64,000 nt of DNA from an uncultured Eubacteriales bacterium (lineage in GTDB: Bacteria; Bacillota; Clostridia; Christensenellales; Pumilibacteraceae): NCBI GenBank assembly GCA_900543755.1, contig UQSP01000003.1:2747-66746 (forward strand), given 5' to 3'. Position numbers and translations under genes: made by a program. Positions 1 through 9,713 of this stretch are shown here, piece by piece. Below the pieces are notes generated by a model. The model was not told the DNA's origin, searched no databases, and saw only the letters and a list, made by a program, of their open reading frames with translations. The first letter of the stretch is position 1, and every line of letters begins with the position of its first letter.

Positions 1-324
1 CAGCGCTTTTTGCACGCTTTCGCCTTTTGCCGGCACACGCATTTTAAGCATATGCAGGCAGTTAAAGCCCGTAAGCACGCTTTTGTATGCGCCTTTATCG
101 GGTACGTTTTCGTATTTCGCGCTGACGGAAAACGAAGCCGTTTTAAGCGCCGATTCCTTGAACCCTGCGGCTTTTAACGCCGTTTTAAGCGTTTCGGTGG
201 CTTGCGCGCACTTTTCCGAGCTTTTTCCGTAGTCGGCGTCAAACCGCTCCATACGCACGTTGATTTCCGCCGTGTCGGGGGCTTTTTTTATTTTTCCCAC
301 GCCTTTTACGCAAACTGTGGCCAT
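1..324 (-). CDS. SIMPL domain (DUF541) protein, N-terminal part; the gene runs off the window start
   Basis: The minus-strand ORF starts at ATG 324 behind an AAGGAGG RBS. The translation MATVCVKGVGKIKKAPDTAEINVRMERFDADYGKSSEKCAQATETLKTALKAAGF...FSVSAKYE fits the SIMPL/DUF541 pattern (PD.A.I.V, then L..L...G, then T..FSV.P.YE). There is no stop codon before the window edge. Confidence 0.45.
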   Translation of the reverse strand, partial: MATVCVKGVGKIKKAPDTAEINVRMERFDADYGKSSEKCAQATETLKTALKAAGFKESALKTASFSVSAKYENVPDKGAYKSVLTGFNCLHMLKMRVPAKGESVQKAL

Positions 325-729
325 ATTATTTTTTCCTCCTTAAAATTCGTTTTGCCCGATGATTGTATCATATTTGTTTTACGGGTGTCAACATTCCGTC
401 TGCTTTATTGCGGCACGGGGCGGCAACTCCGAATACCTGCGGAAACAGAAAAAAAGGGAAACGCTACCGTAACGGTTAAAAATACGGGTGTGTATGCAAA
501 TTAAAAAACCGCTTTGCAAAAACCAACGGGGCGGTTTATAGTAAAAGGATAACGATACTTTAAAAGCACTGTACGGAAAAAATATCGATAAGGATTAAAA
601 GCATTTTAAACCGTCTTAGCAGGGGGGGATGGCGTTATTTTAATTATCAAAGAGAGCGTAAAAAGCACAGTTATTTAAAATCGATTTTTTTATTCAAAAA
701 GAATTTTCAACGGGGAAAAATTTTAAAAC

Positions 730-1228
730 CTAAAATCCTGCCGTGTAACCCTATGTAAAGGGGGGAAGCAGGGTGCAAAAGAAATTCATAAAAGCAAAAA
801 CCCTTTGCAAAGGGAAAGCGGCAAAAACGGGAAGTGCTGGGGTGCTGTCTATAAAGCCCAAAAAACCAACCGTTTAAAAAACTTGCAAAGGGAAAGCGGC
901 AACGAGAAAGTATTTGGGAAAAAATCCTGATAACCCAGTTAAGAGAAAGCGCAAGGAGGGAGGGGGTCGCGAAACTTTCTATAAAAGCAAAAAACCTTAC
1001 CGATTAGAAAAAGACTGTTAAAAACCCTTTGCAAAGGGAAAGCGGCAAAAACGGGAAGTGCTCGGGTGCTGTCTATAAACCTCAAAAAACCTGCCGTGTA
1101 AAAAAACCTGTTAAGGGAAAGCGGCAAAGAGAAAGTATTTGGGAAAAAATCTTGATAACCAAGTTAAGAGAATGCGCAAGGAGGGAGGGGGTCGCGAAAC
1201 TTTCTATAAAAGCAAAAAACCGCTCCGC
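730..1228. repeat. About 223-bp tandem direct repeat, roughly 2.3 copies, downstream of rpsT
   Basis: Copy 1 (~803-1006) and copy 2 (~1026-1228) are about 90% identical, and a degenerate partial copy lies at 730-800. Each unit has two GGGAAAGCGGCAA boxes, the perfect palindrome CCCTTTGCAAAGGG and a G-rich AAGGAGGGAGGGGGTC block. Confidence 0.8.
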
Positions 1229-1250
1229 TTTGTTAAGATGCGGAACGGTT
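1206..1250 (-). terminator. Rho-independent terminator of rpsT
   Basis: A hairpin AACCGCTCCGC...GCGGAACGGTT (11-bp stem, one mismatch) is followed on the minus strand by TTTTTTGCTTTT, and it sits 38 nt after the rpsT stop. Confidence 0.6.
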
Positions 1251-1287
1251 TTAATTACTATACAAGAAAAATTATACCGAAAAGGAA

Positions 1288-1824
1288 TTATTCGGCGGAT
1301 TCTTCTTTTGCGGCCTTTTTGGCAGTTTTCTTTGCGGGCTTAGCCTCTTCGTCCTTGGATTCTTTTTTTGCGGCGGCTTTTTTGGTCGTCTTTTTAGCTG
1401 CGGCCTTTTCCGCTTCCTTGGCGGCTTCCAAAGCGGCTTTCTTTTCCGCGTTTTTCTTTGCAAGCTCCTGTCTTGCGGCCTCGCGCGCTTCCTGAGCGGC
1501 TTTAGCCTTTTCGGCGGCGATGGTCTTGTTGTCCTTTTTGATTACGACAGCCTTTTTACCGCTCTTGATATCGGCGATGCGTTTAGCAATCCCCGATTTT
1601 TTGTTGGCGGCGGTGTTCTTGTGCATGATGCCCTTGGTAACCGCTTTGTCAAGCACGGACATGGTTTCGGGAAGAAGTCTTTCCGCTTCCTCTATATTGT
1701 TGGTATCGATGGCGGCGTTAATTTTTTTAACGGCGTTTTTCACCAGGGTAAGCTGAACCCTGTTGTCGGAATTCTTTTTTTCGTTGACGAGTACGCGCTT
1801 TTTCGCGGATTTGATATTAGGCAC
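1288..1824 (-). CDS. rpsT: 30S ribosomal protein S20 with a ~90-aa Lys/Ala/Glu-rich C-terminal extension
   Basis: Residues 1-87 (MPNIKSAKKRVLVNEKK...GIMHKNTAANKKS...) match the S20 family. The remaining ~91 residues are low-complexity KKAAAKK/AEKAKAA repeats resembling a histone H1 tail. Canonical S20 is only ~87 aa. Confidence 0.85.
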   Translation of the reverse strand: MPNIKSAKKRVLVNEKKNSDNRVQLTLVKNAVKKINAAIDTNNIEEAERLLPETMSVLDKAVTKGIMHKNTAANKKSGIAKRIADIKSGKKAVVIKKDNKTIAAEKAKAAQEAREAARQELAKKNAEKKAALEAAKEAEKAAAKKTTKKAAAKKESKDEEAKPAKKTAKKAAKEESAE

Positions 1825-1974
1825 GGTAATTCTCCTTACAGTATAAATTCGATAATTTTAAGGCGACAAAAAACAAAGCTTGTCACCTTTAGCTAAAGTA
1901 TTTTAGCACATATAATTTTTAAAAGCAAGTTTTTTTCGGTATATTTTGGCGGTTTTGGCACAATATTCTTTATT

Positions 1975-2757
1975 ATGAAGCAATTTTATCCCCAAAACAG
2001 GACGGACCTTGCCGCCGAACTTATAAAAAGCAAAGTCACCCGTCTTAACGAACACGTCAGCCGTACAGACGTCGACATCGACGAAGAAACCTCCAAAAAA
2101 ATCGGGAAACCCGCCGGAAGATACACCACGGTGTTAAGCGACGCCGTCGCCAAGGGCGAACGCGAGTACTACGACCGAATTGTTTCCGCGCTTACTTCCG
2201 CCGTCAAGGATTATATCGATAAGCCGCGCGTAGTCATGATTGTGGGGCTGGGCAATCCCGGCATGACCGCGGACGCATTGGGCGCAAGCGTCGTAAAACG
2301 CATCAGGGTCACGCGCAACATCGAAAACTCCGACGGCAAAGGCGTGTGCACGTTGTGTCCCAACGTTCTGGGCGTAACGGGCATAGAAAGCTACGACATC
2401 GTAAAGGGCGCGGCGGAAAGGGTGCGCCCCGACCATATAGTGGTGGTGGATTCGCTTTGCGCCGCCGCCAGCGAGCGTCTTGCCGCAGCATTCCAGATTT
2501 CCGACGCGGGCATAACCCCGGGAAGCGGAGTAAGCAATTTCCGTTTCCGTATCGACCGCGAATCCATGGGGTGCAACGTAATTTCGGTGGGTGTTCCGCT
2601 TGTGGTTTACGCGCGCACGCTGATTAAAGAGGCGGCAGGCAACACCGTGGACGACGGGGCGGAGCTTATCGTCACGCCTAAAGACATCGACCTTATCGTG
2701 GAAGAGTGCGCTTTCATCATCGCGTCCGCGCTTAACGCCGCGCTAAGTAAGGCATAA
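1975..2757 (+). CDS. gpr: Spore germination protease GPR (peptidase A25)
   Basis: The N-terminal RTDLAAE motif and overall match to the GPR family support the call. It is divergent from rpsT, conserving the rpsT-gpr neighbourhood of Bacillus/Clostridium. A possible forespore-type promoter lies upstream (GTATA-17-CACAATA). Confidence 0.75.
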   Translation: MKQFYPQNRTDLAAELIKSKVTRLNEHVSRTDVDIDEETSKKIGKPAGRYTTVLSDAVAKGEREYYDRIVSALTSAVKDYIDKPRVVMIVGLGNPGMTADALGASVVKRIRVTRNIENSDGKGVCTLCPNVLGVTGIESYDIVKGAAERVRPDHIVVVDSLCAAASERLAAAFQISDAGITPGSGVSNFRFRIDRESMGCNVISVGVPLVVYARTLIKEAAGNTVDDGAELIVTPKDIDLIVEECAFIIASALNAALSKA

Positions 2758-3223
2758 TCCCGACAAGACCGGTTTTTGTTAACGGATTTTTATGTTTTAC
2801 GGTAAGTTTTATTTGAAGCTTATATTTTTCAATTAAGTTTATACGTGATATACGGTAAAGTCCGGCTTAGTCGATTTACGGAAAATTCATCGTTTTCTTA
2901 CGCTCAGGCGGGATTTAATTTGCCGTAAATCTTCAGGCTGTGTTTTTTCCGTAAAGGCGATTAAATTTAACACAAAAACAGCCTTTAAGCTTTGCCGTTG
3001 CCGTTACAAATTAACACTAAAAGCCGATGCGCTTTGTCGGGAAAAAATGCGGAATCCGTTTTTTTCTCGGCTATGTTAACGGCTTAATCCGATAGTGTTA
3101 AAATCATGTGCGCGGTTTGCGCGTGCGTGGGCGACGGCGCGTTAAAAAAACATATTAAATCGGAATGCCGGCAGTTGTTTTATTGTTAGAACGCGCGCGC
3201 CCGTTTCCGAATATAATGAGGGT

Positions 3224-3934
3224 ATGAGCGAGCAACCTATAGGAATATTCGACAGCGGCGTGGGCGGGCTGAAAATTCTTGCCGCATTAAGAAAAGTTCT
3301 GCCGCGGGAAAATTATATTTACGTTTTCGACCGCAGTCATTCGCCTTACGGCAACCGCAGCAACCGCTACATAAAAAAGCGCGCCGAAAAGGTAAGCGAA
3401 ATGCTGATTAAAGAAGGGGCGAAAACGGTGGTCGTTGCGTGCAACACCGCCACCAACGTGGGAATAACCCGTCTTCGGGAAAAGTTCGGCGTGCCTTTCG
3501 TGGGGGTGGAGCCGCCCCTAAAGCCTGCCGCCGCCGCGCACAAAGAGGGTAAAATTCTGGTGCTTTGCACCTGCCGTACCGCAGTGCAGGAAAAGTTTTT
3601 GCGGCTTAAGGAAAAATACGACGACGGAAGCGTTACCGTCATTCCCTTGCCCAATCTTGCGCGCGACATCGAAAACAATTTTACCTCGCTTAAAGACCTC
3701 AAGCCCGTCGTGGACGGTATTTTTTCTCCTTACGACGGCGACAACGTGGAAAGCGTGGTTTTGGGCTGCACGCATTACTATTACGTCAAAGACCTTATAG
3801 ACGCTCATTTCGGCGGTAAAGTCAAAATTTACGACGCGTGCGACGGAGTTGCAAGGCGGCTTAAGGACGTGCTGACCCAAAACGACCTGCCGGCGCAAAA
3901 AAACATAGGAAAAGTAAGATATATTTATATCTGA
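3224..3934 (+). CDS. murI: Glutamate racemase
   Basis: The sequence shows the IGIFDSGVGGL, ACNTAT and LGCTHY motifs of MurI. Confidence 0.9.
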   Translation: MSEQPIGIFDSGVGGLKILAALRKVLPRENYIYVFDRSHSPYGNRSNRYIKKRAEKVSEMLIKEGAKTVVVACNTATNVGITRLREKFGVPFVGVEPPLKPAAAAHKEGKILVLCTCRTAVQEKFLRLKEKYDDGSVTVIPLPNLARDIENNFTSLKDLKPVVDGIFSPYDGDNVESVVLGCTHYYYVKDLIDAHFGGKVKIYDACDGVARRLKDVLTQNDLPAQKNIGKVRYIYI

Positions 3935-4193
3935 GCGCGTTTATCCTTGTAAAATCCCGTCCCCGCGCAAGGGCTATACTTATTCTATATACTTGATTTC
4001 CTGAACCCTGAAATAAAGCTTTTTGCCCTGACTTCCGATAAAACCATAGAGGGGGAATACGCAAAAAAAGAAATATAAAACGATTCCGACGCTTTTCATT
4101 AAATAAAGGAAAGCGTTTTTTAAGTTTTTTCAAGCACGCTTTACAATTTTTATTTTCAGGTGTAAAATAGGCGTATCGGAGGCAAATTTACGT

Positions 4194-4679
4194 TTGAGTA
4201 AGATTTTACGTTGTTTTCCATATATCGCGTTTCCCGACAGCCGCGTGCTTATCCTGGGAAGTATGCCCAGCCTAAGGTCGCTTCAGCAAAATCAGTATTA
4301 CGCGCACCCGCAAAACAGATTCTGGCGGGTGATGTTCGCGTTGGCGGAGGAGGAGTACAGCGCCGATTACGAAATAAAAAAACAAGTGCTTAAAAAGCTT
4401 AAGGTCGCGCTGTGGGACAGCATCGGGCTTTGCGAAAGGGAAGGGTCCATGGACGCGGACATAAAAAACGAAACCCCCAACGATATCCGCGGGCTTTTGA
4501 AAAGCTATCCTTCGATAGAAAAAATTGCGGCAAACGGCGGGAAAAGCGCGGCTACGCTTAAAAAATTTTTTCCCGAAATAAAATTCACCGCATTGCCTTC
4601 CACCAGTCCTGCAAACGCGGCTTTTTCGTTAAGCCGTCTTATTTCGGTTTACGGCGAGTTCGTAAAAAGAGAGCCGTGA
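4194..4679 (+). CDS. DNA-deoxyinosine (hypoxanthine) glycosylase, UDG family 6
   Basis: A TTG start sits behind a GGAGG RBS. The signature LILGSMPS...QYYAHPQNRFW is characteristic of this family. Confidence 0.7.
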   Translation: MSKILRCFPYIAFPDSRVLILGSMPSLRSLQQNQYYAHPQNRFWRVMFALAEEEYSADYEIKKQVLKKLKVALWDSIGLCEREGSMDADIKNETPNDIRGLLKSYPSIEKIAANGGKSAATLKKFFPEIKFTALPSTSPANAAFSLSRLISVYGEFVKREP

Positions 4680-4815
4680 AAAAAATTACCTTAATTTTGT
4701 AACGTTTTTCTGTTGATTTTTTATACTTTTGGGATTATAATATTCAAACAATCGGCAATTAAACTTTTAATCGTGCCCTTTTTTTGCACAACTAAAATTA
4801 AGGAATAACAGGACA

Positions 4816-6408
4816 ATGGCGTCTGCGACCAAAAAAAATATAGACATGATCAACGGTCCGCTTCTTAAGAAGCTGATTGTTTTTTCCGTTCCGCTTATTC
4901 TTTCGGGCGTGCTGCAGCTATTGTTCAACGCCGCCGACGTCGTTGTTGTGGGACAGTTCGCGGGTACCGAATCGTTTGCCGGAGTCGGGTCTACGGGCTC
5001 GCTGGTCAATCTTATCACCAACCTCACAATCGGGCTTGCGGTGGGCGCAAACGTCGTTATGGCAAGGGCTATCGGCGCGCAAAGCAGGGAAAAGGCGAGT
5101 AAGATAGTACATACGTCCGTCATCGTGGCTGTTGCCGGCGGCGTTATCGTGGCGCTTATCGGATATTTTATGTCGGCAACCTTTCTCACGCTTATGAAAA
5201 CCGACCCCGAGGTTATAGATAAGGCTACGCTTTATCTCGAAATTTATTTTCTCGGCAGTCCCGCGTCCGTGCTGTACAATTTCGGCGCGTCGCTTTTAAG
5301 GGCGAAGGGCGACACCAAGCGTCCGCTGTATTTTCTGATTATCGCGGGCGTGATTAACGTGGTATTAAACCTGTTTTTCGTTATAGTGCTTAACATGGAC
5401 GTTGCGGGCGTCGCGGTCGCAACCGTTATTTCCCAGGCAGTTTCCGCAGTTCTGGTGGTTATATGCCTGATAAAAGATAAGGATTACTGCAAAATGTCTT
5501 TCCGCAAACTGCGCGTTCACGGCAAGGAATTTATCGAAATTCTGCGCGTGGGACTTCCTGCGGGAGTTTACAGCTCGCTTTTCTCGCTTTCCAACGTAAT
5601 AATTCAGTCCGCCGTCAACGGCTTCGGCAAGGCGGTCATGGCAGGTAACTCTGCCGGCAGTAACCTCGAGGGCTTCGTCTATATTTCGATGAACGCTTTT
5701 TATAACGCCGCCATAACTTTTACGGGACAGAACTACGGCGCCAGAAAATATGAAAGAATAAAACGCGTTTTTCTGGATTGCCTGCTTTTGGTCACGGTTG
5801 TCGGCGTGGTGCTGGGAGTCGTTTTCCTTTTGCTTTCCCGATTTCTTTCGTCTTTATATTCTCCCGACCCCGAGGTTATAAACTATTCGATTACAAGGCT
5901 TAAGGTCGATCTTCCGCTGTATTTCACCTGCGGAGTCATGGAAGTGCTGGTGGGTGTACTTCGCGGCATGGGATATTCAATAGTCCCCATGATTATTTCG
6001 TTTCTGGGCGCCTGCGTGTTCCGTATCGTATGGGTTTTTACGGTTTTCGAAACCTGGCACTTCCTTTGGGTGCTTTACGTGTCCTATCCCGTCAGCTGGG
6101 TTCTTACTTCTGCGGCGCACCTGATCACTTATCTCGTGTGCTACCGTAAAATCATGAGGAAAGCGGCCGCAGGTTACGCGGATTTCCGCCTTGCCGCAGA
6201 CAGCGAAGAATCCGAAATCCTCGATGAAGTAGCGCTTACGGACGCCGCTTCGGGTGATTCGCCCGAAGAAACCGCCGCAGCCATTTCCGAAGCGGAACTT
6301 TCCGAAACCTCCGCTTCCGACGCCTCTTTGCCCGACGGCAACCGTGAATTGCTTTCCGAATCTGAAAAAACCGCAGACGGCAACGACGGCACGCGTTTGG
6401 CGGGCTGA
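4816..6408 (+). CDS. MATE family efflux transporter with an ~80-aa acidic Ser/Glu/Asp-rich C-terminal tail
   Basis: The N-terminus MINGPLLKKLIVFSVPLILSGVLQLLFNAADVVVVG and 12 predicted transmembrane segments are typical of NorM/MATE. The tail after residue ~450 is low complexity (SEESEILDEVALTDAASGDSPEE...). Confidence 0.85.
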   Translation: MASATKKNIDMINGPLLKKLIVFSVPLILSGVLQLLFNAADVVVVGQFAGTESFAGVGSTGSLVNLITNLTIGLAVGANVVMARAIGAQSREKASKIVHTSVIVAVAGGVIVALIGYFMSATFLTLMKTDPEVIDKATLYLEIYFLGSPASVLYNFGASLLRAKGDTKRPLYFLIIAGVINVVLNLFFVIVLNMDVAGVAVATVISQAVSAVLVVICLIKDKDYCKMSFRKLRVHGKEFIEILRVGLPAGVYSSLFSLSNVIIQSAVNGFGKAVMAGNSAGSNLEGFVYISMNAFYNAAITFTGQNYGARKYERIKRVFLDCLLLVTVVGVVLGVVFLLLSRFLSSLYSPDPEVINYSITRLKVDLPLYFTCGVMEVLVGVLRGMGYSIVPMIISFLGACVFRIVWVFTVFETWHFLWVLYVSYPVSWVLTSAAHLITYLVCYRKIMRKAAAGYADFRLAADSEESEILDEVALTDAASGDSPEETAAAISEAELSETSASDASLPDGNRELLSESEKTADGNDGTRLAG

Positions 6409-6610
6409 GCCGCGCCCCGTTTTTCGTAAAGATATAACTTTTCCTAGGTTTTCGGCATAACGCCGTAAATAAACCTTCAACGGCTTAAAGCTTTATGTCG
6501 CGCTTTTATTAAGTTTTATTGCGAAATTATTTAATAAAATCCTTAAAATTTTAATCCCGAATTTTTGTCGCAGAAATTTTTCTTGCGGCGCGAAAAACAT
6601 AATAACGACG

Positions 6611-6653
6611 CAAAAACAAAGACAGCTTGATATTACATCAAGCTGTCTTTGTT
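6611..6653. terminator. Bidirectional intrinsic terminator
   Basis: A 13-bp perfect hairpin AAAGACAGCTTGAT/ATCAAGCTGTCTTT is flanked by an A-run upstream and a T-run downstream. It lies between the convergent MATE gene and the tRNA. Confidence 0.7.
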
Positions 6654-6689
6654 ACGGGCGCGCAAAGGGCTTAATGCCCTTTATGCTAT

Positions 6690-6766
<77 letters not shown>

Positions 6767-6994
6767 TTATAAACTGATTAGAAGTGATGCACGAACCTGC
6801 GCTGTCACGCTTCGGGTTATACTCGCTACGCTCGTGCTGCGTAGGAGCCTCGGCAAGCTACCGACTTACTCTGTCCCGCGTTATAAACTGATTAGAAGTG
6901 ATGCACGAGTCTGCGCTGTCGCGCTTCGGGTTATACTCGCTGCGCTCGTGCTGCGTAGGAGCCTCGGCAAGCTGCCGACTTACTCTGTCCCGCG
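6767..6994 (-). repeat. Two tandem 114-bp degenerate tRNA-Met-like copies (pseudo-tRNA units) immediately upstream of the tRNA on its strand
   Basis: Units 6767-6880 and 6881-6994 are about 95% identical. On the minus strand each starts CGCGGGACAGAG...GGTAGCTTG, has a 24-nt hairpin (CTACGCAGCACGAGCGTAG) where the CAT anticodon would be, keeps TATAACCCGAAG and a GGTTCG T-loop remnant, and lacks a 3' acceptor strand. Confidence 0.75.
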
Positions 6995-7332
6995 ATATAA
7001 ATAACTAAAGGTTACTATCGGGACCTTTATTATATCACTTATTTCACGGCTTGTCAATACTTTTATATGAAAAAACCGTTTATAATATTCGCCGTCGGGT
7101 ATTTTAGCCTAAAATTTCGACAAAAACCCGCCAAAAACGTCAAAAACCGTAAAAAAACACTGTTCGGGAACAATCGGACAATCAATTTAAAGGGCAATAA
7201 AAACCGTCGGAATGCTTTTTAAAGCTGTAAATTTCATATAAACAACAGCGGTTAAGGGCTGAAACGCGACTGCCTGTTTATGGCGGGAAGCGGTATTTTT
7301 CACAAAAAAAGCCGTAATTTTATAAAAAAGCG

Positions 7333-7361
7333 TTGACAAGCCAAATTTATTGTGTTACAAT
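7333..7361 (+). promoter_or_regulatory. Sigma-A type promoter of the ilv-leu operon
   Basis: TTGACA (7333-7338), a 17-nt spacer, then TACAAT (7356-7361). Confidence 0.7.
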
Positions 7362-7368
7362 ACCGACA

Positions 7369-7705
7369 TATATCGTTAAATGCAACGACGGAAACAGCGG
7401 AATTCGTAAGGCTAAGTTTCAGAGAGCCGGCAAAAGGGTGCAAGTCGGTACTTACTGCGAAATATCCCATCTCATTCCCGAGCAGGCGGCGCGAAAGCCG
7501 TAAGGACAACAACCTTCAGGCAAGTAGTTTCGCACGGTGACAACCGTTATAAGTCATAAGGAGTTCCCTTGCTGAGCAGGACCGAAGTTTGTTATCGGTC
7601 AATTCGGGTGGTAACGCGGCGGATTTAAGAAAAGTCGGTCGTCCCGAGGCGGCAAGGCTTTTTTTGTTTATCGGGGGTTTCCTGATTTAACGGGCACAGC
7701 ATTTT
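7369..7705 (+). promoter_or_regulatory. T-box riboswitch leader, possibly Leu-responsive
   Basis: A ~340-nt leader carries an AGAGAG box and the conserved T-box sequence AATTCGGGTGGTAACGCGGCGG (7601-7622), followed by the T-run at 7649-7655. A candidate specifier CUU-A lies in TACTTACTG. The leader precedes the BCAA biosynthesis genes. Confidence 0.7.
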
Positions 7706-7721
7706 CACGGAGGCCGAACAA

Positions 7722-8219
7722 ATGACCAACAGATACGTTTTATCCATACTCGTCAAAAACCATTCGGGCGTATTAAGGCGCGTAAGCAGTCTGTTCGCGC
7801 GGCGCGGTTACAATATAGAAAGTCTGTCGGTGGGCGTTACTCAGGATACGGACGTCAGCCGTATTACCGTAGTGGTAAGAGGGGATGAGTATATAATCGA
7901 CCAGATAAAAAAACAGGTTTCCAAGCTTGTCGAAGTGATAAAAATCGAGCTTCTTGACGATGACGAGGCCGTTTACCGCGAGCTTATGCTTATCAAGGTA
8001 AAAACCACAAAGGCCACCCGTGCGGAAATTCTGGAAATTGCGGATATTTTCCGCGCGCACATTGTAGACGTCAGCATATCCGCGCTGGTGCTGGAGGCTA
8101 CGGGCGACAACAAAAAGCTTGCCGCGCTGATAAGAATGCTTCAGCCGTTCACGGTTCTGGAAATAGTGCGCACGGGGCTTGCCGCGATTAACCGCGGTCC
8201 CGTATGTCTTAAGGACTGA
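7722..8219 (+). CDS. ilvN: Acetolactate synthase small (regulatory) subunit
   Basis: The ACT domain and the sequence YVLSILVKNHSGVLRRVSSLFARRGYNIESLSVG are typical of IlvH/IlvN. Confidence 0.9.
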   Translation: MTNRYVLSILVKNHSGVLRRVSSLFARRGYNIESLSVGVTQDTDVSRITVVVRGDEYIIDQIKKQVSKLVEVIKIELLDDDEAVYRELMLIKVKTTKATRAEILEIADIFRAHIVDVSISALVLEATGDNKKLAALIRMLQPFTVLEIVRTGLAAINRGPVCLKD

Positions 8220-8311
8220 AAAACCTTTTTTACTACGGCAACGGGTAAAGCACTAAGCCCGCGTCCGTAAGAGAAGAAGACGGCATCATCGATTGGTATA
8301 TAATCTTATTA

Positions 8312-8374
8312 TTAATGGGCTGAAGTAAAACAATTATCAAATTGTTAATGGGTTGAAGTAAAACAATTATCAAA
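8312..8374. repeat. 33-bp direct repeat x2 containing an operator-like palindrome
   Basis: TTAATGGG(C/T)TGAAGTAAAACAATTATCAAA occurs twice. The unit junction forms the inverted repeat AACAATT-ATCA-AATTGTT. It lies between ilvN and ilvC, downstream of a TATATAAT box. Confidence 0.7.
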
Positions 8375-8467
8375 AAGGGCAGAAAACGATTGCCGCGATA
8401 AACAAGGAAGCGCGGACGGAAAAAAGTCCGCCGCGGCGTAAAAAGCGCGGCAAACGATAAAAAATAA

Positions 8468-9505
<1,038 letters not shown>

Positions 9506-9713
9506 TTTCGGGATATATCGGCGGCGAATATCTGACAGCACTTTTTATTACCTTATAAAGAAAAGGATATTCGGCGCATAAATCGGAATATAATTAAAAT
9601 CAGGGCGGAGGCTGACGCGACGTGCTTTCCGCCCTGAAAAAAATTAAGTACGGGTCGGATTGGCCGGATTGTTCTGCTTACTATCTGTCCGACAAAAAAG
9701 GAGTAGTTTTTTT

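Noticed and set aside
202-504. ORF 202..504(+), 100 aa
   Set aside because: It overlaps the well-supported minus-strand SIMPL gene and its RBS, and it has no RBS or family signal of its own.
730-1228. CRISPR array hypothesis for the tandem repeats (also considered for 6767-6994 and 29166-29365)
   Set aside because: The units are long (223, 114 and 76 bp). Successive copies are near-identical throughout, with no unique spacers of constant length, and no cas genes are present.
1029-1495. ORFs 1029..1343(+) and 1139..1495(+) from the six-frame track
   Set aside because: They lie inside the tandem repeat and antisense to the low-complexity rpsT tail. They have no RBS and a repetitive, composition-driven amino-acid sequence.
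7600-7660. Canonical T-box terminator helix
   Set aside because: The T-box consensus and a T-run are present, but I could not pair a convincing terminator stem by eye. I report the leader as a T-box with the mechanism unresolved rather than asserting a terminator.
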